Source of the DNA: Trichoplax adhaerens
Taxonomy: Eukaryota > Animalia > Placozoa
Reading direction: 5' to 3'
Assembly: GCF_000150275.1 (NCBI RefSeq)
Contig: NW_002061330.1
Location: forward strand, 1-6,185
DNA length: 6,185 bases
Position 1 is the first letter of the stretch. Each line of letters starts with the position of its first letter. Below, one piece after another: positions 1-6,185 of this stretch. Under the pieces are notes generated by a model, which was not told where the DNA came from, searched no databases, and saw only the letters and a program-made list of their open reading frames with translations. The translations under genes and the position numbers were made by a program.

Positions 1-8
1 TTTTATAG

Positions 9-469
9 CAAATACTCATGATACAAGCATTTATCGTGATTTATTGCTGACTACATTTGCCACTTTAATCATCGAAGCTACATTCATCCCTGTTATTAAC
101 GTATCCGGTAGGAGACTATTATTTAGCGGATTAGCTCTGGCAACAAGTATAAGCATATTTAGTATTTGGCTCACTAATACATCAACAGGTGTACTCGCAT
201 TTTCATGTCTATTTACTGGGCTATCTGGCGCCGCATGGACCATATTAAATGTATGGACTTCTGAATTATATCCAACACAGCTGCGATCAACATCAAATGG
301 TTATATCAATTTTTGTGGTCGGATTGGAGCCGTTATAGGAACGATGACATTCGGTTTACTGTTGGGACTTGGTTGCAAGTTACCTATTATTATTATGGGC
401 ACTGCGTGCTTTATAGCTGCATCACTTGCATTATTTCTATCGGATACTACTAAAGTTGAAATCAATTAA
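9..469 (+). CDS. Terminal coding exon of an SV2/SVOP-like major facilitator superfamily transporter (C-terminal TM helices); 5' exons lie outside the window
   Basis: Seen: acceptor-like ttttatag at 1-8, then a phase-1 open frame (x)NTHDTSIYRDLLLTTFATLII...SDTTKVEIN to TAA at 467-469, with about five hydrophobic helices. Known: SGRR loop, ELYPTQLR (ExxPxxxR), GRIGAV and the terminal LSDT (PET-like) are sugar-porter/SV2 motifs, and WTILNVWTSELYPT resembles the SV2 WNxLDVxTVELYP segment. The frame is also open back to base 2, so the exact 5' edge is inferred. Confidence 0.88.
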
Positions 470-1068
470 TTCAAAGCTAAGCATTGCAGGTTTAATACTG
501 GCTCGATTTATACCAAATTGAAAATAGTATTATCAGCTTGATACAGTTATTGACCAGATAGAATTTGACTTGACATATACAATCATAAAATCAATTGATA
601 TGCCGTAATGAAGGCTAGGTAGCTAGCTAGTTTTCTGGTGGCTTGGAAAAACTGCTAGCAGCCAAACGCATATTTACTACTTCAATTTAACTTGCAGGAT
701 GCTAGCAAAATAATAATCTGCTGATCATGCGACTTCCTCAGAGACTGAGAAACTAATTAGATCAAAGATCAAATATGAAAATGTCACCAACATTTTGTAT
801 ATTAAAGTAGAAGATATATATGGAATGCAGCATAGGTTGCATGTACAGTATCAATTATACTTCCATAAAAAATTGTTTTTGTAGGCATAATATTCTCGTA
901 TATCTCTCGAACAAAAATCGGTATAATTTAGGAAGAAGAGTTAGGAATTCATATACAGTAAGATAATCTAGCTGTGAATTTTATTTTTAAGTGATGCTTT
1001 GTGCAAAATACGATCCCTTTCCTTTAAAGGGATATTTAACTAGCAATATTAAGATATCTAAATAATAC

Positions 1069-1074
1069 AATAAA
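1069..1074 (+). promoter_or_regulatory. Candidate polyadenylation signal (AATAAA) of the SV2-like gene
   Basis: First canonical AATAAA I found after the stop at 469, with GT/T-rich gatttgtttgg about 20 nt later. An ATTAAA at 801-806 is an alternative. Confidence 0.3.
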
Positions 1075-2796
1075 AAAAGAATTAATTATATGCGATTTGT
1101 TTGGCACTAGTTATAAAATCTAGTCATAGATTTTGTTAATGCAATTATCCACAGCATTAAATGGAGATTGATATTACTGTAGGCGTTGCTGTTACTTTGT
1201 AGACAAATTAAAAGTTCAAAATCCTTCTAGGCCATTATGAGATACTGCCTATGGAACTATGTAGTGTAAGAGTTGAAAACCCTGTTGGATATGAATAACC
1301 ACTATGTTTAGCGCTTTCGCTAATATATTGATGATACTTTACCGGCACCTACGGAAAGTGATTTAAAGTGTTCAGTTAAAGGAGAAAATAGACTGTGTAT
1401 CTTCTCTTATTGTAGAAAGTTACCCACTAATTAATTAATCTTTATCCGGATGAATATCAGGTTATTTTGAAACGGCCATCGTTATAGCGTTAAATTCACA
1501 ACTTCAAAGTAAAATTGAAAGACAGCCACAGAATCTCGAAGTCCAGACATATCTGTACATATTAAATTCTTGTATTTGTGATCAGTTCGTACAAGTTGAT
1601 ACAAAAATTGCAATATCGAATATAAGAGATCGTTTTTTTATAGTAGCACTAGCCAAATCCGCACACCCAGCTATGCGTTAAACATATTATATAGTCCAAT
1701 CTGAAGCCTGTAACTTGCTATAAGATGTTAGCAAGCCTACCATCCTAGACAGTATAATAATACATTTACATACAGTAGACATATTTGAACTCTATAGACT
1801 GTGTATAATATCGTTTCTGCCAAGGCCGCGTATCAAATGTCATTGCTACAAAACGATACAATAAGAATTCTAGGCCGTATAGATATTTCGTTATCCTTTT
1901 TTATGAAGCTATGAAGTCATAACCATTTTTTCAGTAGAAAATTTAATCGTTTACTATTAGACTTATTATTCAATGGCTAGAGAAAAGTACATTGGTGCTA
2001 CCATTTATATCGAAGTTATTGGCGTTAGAAAATTCAACATTCACGAATAAATTCAGAAGATTTAATATGTTAATGCGTTCAATATTATCAGGAAAGGAAA
2101 TAATTCTACTTTTGCCACAATTATCTCTTGCTTACGTGCTCTTGGGGTAATATTACAACGTATATAATATTTCTATTTAGTTTTTTAACGTTTAATCTAA
2201 TTTTATTACATAACTCTACTCTGATATTAACTACAATATTTCGTAACATAATAAGGTATAGATTTTGCGTTATCTACTACTTCAAAAGCAGTCATATACC
2301 AATCCGTGGCTCAGCATTGCCTACAACATAATCTCTATAATTAGAAAATACTATATACTAACAGATTATAATAATCGTGATTGATTATAATGGTATTCTA
2401 TAAATGTGTTATTTTATACTTGTTAGTTTTATATGTTCATTATAGATTGTATTACGTATATCAATTAAGCCACTGTTTTATAAAACTGGTAATTATATTG
2501 CGTTGTAAGTGTGAACGGCGTACGCACAAAAGCTGTCATTTTTCAATGCAATAAAGACGGAGTAGTAGGTAGTACCGTAGTTAGTTTTACGATAACTCCA
2601 GCTATGCTTTCAATTTCCTGTCTGCCATGCTAATTGAAAATAGTACGAAATTTCAATATGCTTGCTAGTATTAACTCTAGATACACAACAATCAATATTT
2701 AAATATTTATCTATAGAAATCTCTTTTTTACTCGAATCTAACCAGTAAATCCAGTCTGTACAAACAGACTTATATCATTGCTTGTGCTAACATTTT

Positions 2797-3008
2797 TACT
2801 GACGTTTCGAAAGCGCTAAGATTAGCGCAGCACCTATGATATAGAATCGCTATGTTAAGACTTTAGGGAAGAACGTCTATGATTAGGACTTCCTGGCACA
2901 TACTACTACTTGTACTGATACTTCGAAAAAGCTAAAATTAGTGCAGTAACTATGACACAGACTAGCTATGTGGGACCGTCGGGAAGAATCTCTATGGTTA
3001 AGACTTCC
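2797..3008. repeat. Diverged two-copy tandem direct repeat (2797-2893 and 2913-3008, period about 116 bp)
   Basis: Hand alignment gives about 74/97 identities with one gap. Shared blocks: tactga, ttcgaaa, gctaaRattagYgcag, ctatga, gctatg, gggaagaa, tctatg, gacttcc. Confidence 0.85.
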
Positions 3009-4260
3009 AAGAGTTATGAAAGCTTACTGTAGATTCTACAGACACCCTACTGTATAATCCGCCGTCGAGGGTAAAAAACCTAGGAATTTTTAAGTAAAGC
3101 GTGCTGGGGATTCTGTCGCAGAACTACCATAACCTAGGAGTAAGGGATTTTTATTACTCATTCACGTTTATGAATAATTCTCTACGGATGTATTTCTTAC
3201 CTTAGCAAAGCTATCTTCGTACTGTACATAAATCTCGTTAGTTAGTTCTGCTAACTACATGGTAAGCTTGTATACGTTATCTATTCCTACTCTACGGTAA
3301 CTATTCCACTGGTTCACATCGCTCTACATGCTATAATCTTATGTGGTTTTTCTTTTCACAGGCATTACAATAAAGACTACTAGCTATTCTTTTGTAATTT
3401 CTTGCGATTGTGTTGGATACACAATCTCCTGAAGCATTACATACTGCGTAGACTCTGTTTCATTAGTTAGTTTTATAAGTACAGTAGAATGTTGAAACTA
3501 TCTTGGAATGCGATTTAATAACTAATACGTGATCTTCGAAAACCTCAAGAGCTCTTGAAGCCTATAAACGGTGCAGCTTGAAGATTTGATAAGGTAGCAT
3601 TTTTATACTCTTAACAGCCTAGAAATTTTAATCAAAATTCCCCAATTGAAGTCTGCACCATAAATTTGTTATTGATAAGGTTTGAGCTAGTGTACTAGCT
3701 CAATTATTGATTCGCTTAGAGATTTTCTATATTTTCAACTACTTACTCGGTAGATTCACCAAATTCTAATAATCTATCCAGTCACTTTTCTCTATTAATA
3801 CTATAACATCAAAGTATTGTAACATTGACTAGAGCGCAAGAATCACAAGAAGTAAAATTCTTTTTACTACACTTCAAATTTATTCCAATTTTGCATATTA
3901 TGTAATATCAAGAGATTTTACTATAATCTAACACAACACTGTATTAATTGACAAACCCGATTATGGCAAACTTTCGTAGTACTTTCATCGAAATATGAGT
4001 TACGTATTTCTTAACTGCTATTACAAAAATAATCGGTTTTCAATTTAACAGAAAGCTATGAGAAGTGCAATATAGTTATAAAAAGGATAGTTAACACCAG
4101 TATCAATTATTTAAACGTCTTTAGCATTGACTAGAAAGTTTGTATCGAAGAAGAAAGGATGTATAATTTGACTACAATCTACTGTCCTACTTTTCTGTAG
4201 CTGATTTGGTAAAAATAATTCTAAGAAATGCGAACCTTGTAATGAAAGATCTTATTCTAA

Positions 4261-4266
4261 TTTAAT
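4261..4266 (-). promoter_or_regulatory. Candidate polyadenylation signal (ATTAAA) of the EGF-TM gene
   Basis: tttaat on the + strand, about 85 nt past the predicted stop. An AATAAA also lies at 3879-3884. Such hexamers are common by chance in AT-rich DNA. Confidence 0.3.
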
Positions 4267-4350
4267 TAACTTGCAAAACACTTAAACTACGTTATAGGCT
4301 ACGCTTAAGAGTGCAATGCTGACGAAGGAGGAGACCATGAGCGTTGATTT

Positions 4351-4362
4351 TTAGAAATGATA
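4351..4362 (-). CDS. Probable last coding exon (YHF-stop)
   Basis: Acceptor cttttattattcttacactag, 87 nt after the previous donor; phase 0 gives TAT CAT TTC TAA. Depends on the frame of the preceding exon. Confidence 0.55.
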   Translation of the reverse strand, partial: YHF

Positions 4363-6100
4363 CTAGTGTAAGAATAATAAAAGACAACCATTTTCAATCA
4401 ATACTAGAGTTTTCTTACGTCAATAGTGTCTATTACCATGTTAACTTACCTCTTGACTTTTGTTTTCTTCGTAAGTAATTCCCCCATCTTATCCAATATC
4501 GCAATGGAAGCAAAGAGTAATTAGTCATAGTTTCGCGTAAGTAAAATGACTGCATTAACACCACGTTTATATTTAAAATAGATAACAAGAATATTAAACG
4601 TTTCTATGACCTTCCATACTCACGTTTTAAATTAGTTGCAGCGATAAGATCAGAAGAAGTAGATGTTTCCCTACAAGAAAATTAGTAAATTACTCAAATT
4701 ATATAAACACTATATAGCATAATACACGTATTAATCATCACCAACGCATATTTTCCAATCTACTTACCTTTTTGCTTTGCCAATGTAATAATAGCGCAAC
4801 ATAAACGCAATGATAAGTAACGTACCAAAAATTGATCCTAGAGAGATGCCAATGATTGTACCAGCTAGAATATGCAGAATGGGTTTATGATAAAAGGATT
4901 TTTAATCTGGGTTAAAGTACTACTACATATTACCAGAACACTTTAAAGATACCCTATCGTAATTTGCTGTAATCACTACAAAGTTAGCTTAATATCTAAG
5001 GTGATATCATAATTCATATTTATGATTATAACAGTATGAATAGCTGAGTAAATTACTCACTGTAGTTTCCAATAGCTTCTGTAAAACTATTAACTTACAT
5101 GCTAGGGAGGCGCTTTGTGTGCATCTATCTCCACTTACCCCTGGAATTGTGCATCTGGAATATCGTAAACAAGCAAGTATATTAAGTTGAATTCTTCGAT
5201 TATGAATAATAATGAAACTGACCATGATTACTCTCAGTCAGTAGTAATAAAGTAGATCAGTTTGAAACAATTAATTTTGTATGCATATGCTATCAATAAC
5301 TCAAAGTTGATCGTATAAACTTACTTGCATCTAGGTGCGTTATTGACTACATGGCATATTCCTTGGCCAGAACAGTAATTTGGTGTACAGATCACTAAAT
5401 CAAAATATTATAAATTAACCGTTAGCTCTATTACACCAGAATGCGTGCTTATTTCTTTCAATTATAACAAAATTAAATAAAATTTTTGATATGAAAGTGC
5501 AGTAATTATGTTACTCTTACAAGTACAACTTAATTTTCCGTCACCAATATATCCATTGTTGCATTGACATTGATATGAGCCAACAGTGTTGGTGCAACTT
5601 GAATTCTGATGGCACGGTGATACCGATTTCTGACATTCGTTAATATCTGTAATAATGAAAGGTACATAGTGTCAAATATTGAGCCGCTTATAAGAAATTT
5701 GCTCAACTTAATATCGGTATCGTACAATTTAAATATAGCAATACTGTATACATATACGAATGCATAAATAAGTATATGTCTGTATATCAAAAATTTGCTA
5801 AAATTAATGAATATACAGTAGTATTTGTTGAGTTACAACTTAAAATAAGAGCTAAACTGTTATGATAAGTATATCATATGCATTGCTGATACTAGCTAGT
5901 TTATCTGCTATTTATGTCTAAAATGGGGAATGGAGAAAAGAAAAATGCAATTGCTACTTAACGCCTACCAATACATAGTTGAAGTGATGCATTAAATTGA
6001 TATCCAGTTGAGCAGTTGCAAGTATAAGAGCCTACTGTATTGATACATTGCTGATTTCCAACACAAGAGTAATCTTGAGGGTTATTACATTCGTTATATT
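4351..6100 (-). CDS. Multi-exon gene (3' part, 8 exons) for a type I membrane protein: cbEGF-cbEGF-EGF-TM-short cytoplasmic tail; continues beyond the window end
   Basis: Exons 6100-5969, 5646-5521, 5394-5325, 5154-5099, 4864-4768, 4670-4624, 4487-4450 and 4362-4351 are all bounded by GT/AG. They join in one open frame (intron phases 1,1,2,1,2,1,0; introns 322,126,170,234,97,136,87 nt). The product has three complete 6-Cys EGF modules and a hydrophobic helix. The last two exons are less certain. Confidence 0.9.
4450..4487 (-). CDS. Exon: cytoplasmic tail part 2 (HGGITYEENKSQE)
   Basis: Strong donor GAG|gtaagt at 4449. The acceptor is an AAG, the first AG after a gactaat branch-like site and pyrimidine tract. 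38 nt, phase 1-0. A competing CAG at 4550-4552 makes the 5' edge uncertain. Confidence 0.6.
4624..4670 (-). CDS. Exon: cytoplasmic tail part 1 (RETSTSSDLIAATNLK)
   Basis: Branch-like tactaat plus ttttcttgtag acceptor; donor AC|gtgagt; 47 nt, phase 2-1, open in the required frame. Confidence 0.8.
4768..4864 (-). CDS. Exon: transmembrane helix and stop-transfer segment (SGTIIGISLGSIFGTLLIIAFMLRYYYIGKAK)
   Basis: Acceptor catattctag and donor AAG|gtaagt; 97 nt, phase 1-2; about 22 uncharged residues followed by R/K. Confidence 0.92.
5099..5154 (-). CDS. Exon: Cys5-Cys6 of the membrane-proximal EGF domain plus stalk (CTIPGVSGDRCTQSASLA)
   Basis: Acceptor tattccag and donor CAT|gtaagt; 56 nt, phase 2-1; supplies the GxRC end of the EGF fold. 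Confidence 0.88.
5325..5394 (-). CDS. Exon: Cys1-Cys4 of the membrane-proximal EGF domain (LICTPNYCSGQGICHVVNNAPRCK)
   Basis: Acceptor ttttgatttag and donor AA|gtaagt; 70 nt, phase 1-2; in frame with both neighbours. Confidence 0.9.
5521..5646 (-). CDS. Exon: calcium-binding EGF-like domain (DINECQKSVSPCHQNSSCTNTVGSYQCQCNNGYIGDGKLSCT)
   Basis: Acceptor tcattattacag and donor T|gtaaga; 126 nt, phase 1-1; canonical DINEC, CxNTxGSYxCxCxxGYxGDG. Confidence 0.95.
5969..6100 (-). CDS. Exon: calcium-binding EGF-like domain (xYNECNNPQDYSCVGNQQCINTVGSYTCNCSTGYQFNASLQLCI)
   Basis: Acceptor ttttatttcag and donor G|gtaggc; 132 nt, phase 1-1; six Cys, NEC and CxNTxGSYxC cbEGF consensus; sequons NCS and NAS. 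Confidence 0.93.
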
Positions 6101-6185
6101 CTGAAATAAAATGTGATATTAGATTTTATCATAATACGAGTAATATTGTAGCCCATAGTAATTATGATTTATTTTAAAATAAAGG

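Noticed and set aside
31-243. 70-aa - strand ORF
   Set aside because: Antisense shadow of the SV2-like exon; no recognisable motifs.
44-469. TTG at 44 as the start of a stand-alone 141-aa protein
   Set aside because: The frame is open upstream to an acceptor-like site at 7-8, and the protein is only the C-terminal part of an MFS fold.
1328-1362. TGATGA plus a small hairpin as a box C/D snoRNA
   Set aside because: No downstream CTGA box D at a suitable distance and no terminal stem.
2128-2331. 67-aa + strand hydrophobic ORF
   Set aside because: TTG start, I/F/L/Y/N composition typical of AT-rich non-coding DNA, and no convincing splice context.
1308-2819. 12-bp inverted match (ttagcgctttcg at 1308-1319 and cgaaagcgctaa at 2808-2819) as transposon TIRs
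   Set aside because: Does not extend, has no target-site duplication, and a 12-mer match is expected by chance in 6 kb.
2797-3008. Tandem repeat as a CRISPR array or tRNA pair
   Set aside because: Only two long diverged copies with no repeat-spacer pattern, no cloverleaf or A/B boxes, and a eukaryotic context.
3747-3800. - strand exon-like segment ending in GA|gtaagt
   Set aside because: Stops in all three frames from the best acceptor; no protein similarity.
5007-5225. 72-aa - strand ORF
   Set aside because: Only 5154-5099 is exon; the rest is read-through into flanking introns.
5530-5790. 86-aa - strand ORF
   Set aside because: Overlaps the cbEGF exon in the wrong frame; the DINEC frame is clearly the coding one.

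Overview
AT-rich eukaryotic (animal-like) genomic DNA with short GT-AG introns; no prokaryotic, CRISPR or RNA-gene features were seen. The compact introns and composition resemble a small-genome non-bilaterian such as a placozoan, but that is inference only. Two genes converge tail-to-tail. (1) + strand, 9-469: the last coding exon of an SV2/SVOP-like MFS transporter. (2) - strand, 6100-4351: the 3' part of a multi-exon single-pass membrane protein that the ORF track misses. Eight exons splice in frame to cbEGF-cbEGF-EGF-TM-41-aa tail: xYNECNNPQDYSCVGNQQCINTVGSYTCNCSTGYQFNASLQLCI DINECQKSVSPCHQNSSCTNTVGSYQCQCNNGYIGDGKLSCT LICTPNYCSGQGICHVVNNAPRCK CTIPGVSGDRCTQSASLA SGTIIGISLGSIFGTLLIIAFMLRYYYIGKAK RETSTSSDLIAATNLK HGGITYEENKSQE YHF*. 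The ~3.9 kb between the genes has no convincing ORF. It does hold a diverged ~97-bp tandem duplication, several short palindromes, orphan splice signals, and most copies of an over-represented TACWGTA motif. I found no evidence for a wholly new biological system. The most interesting item is the EGF-TM gene, which has an ErbB-ligand-like exon structure, a glycine-zipper TM and a PDZ-ligand-like end.
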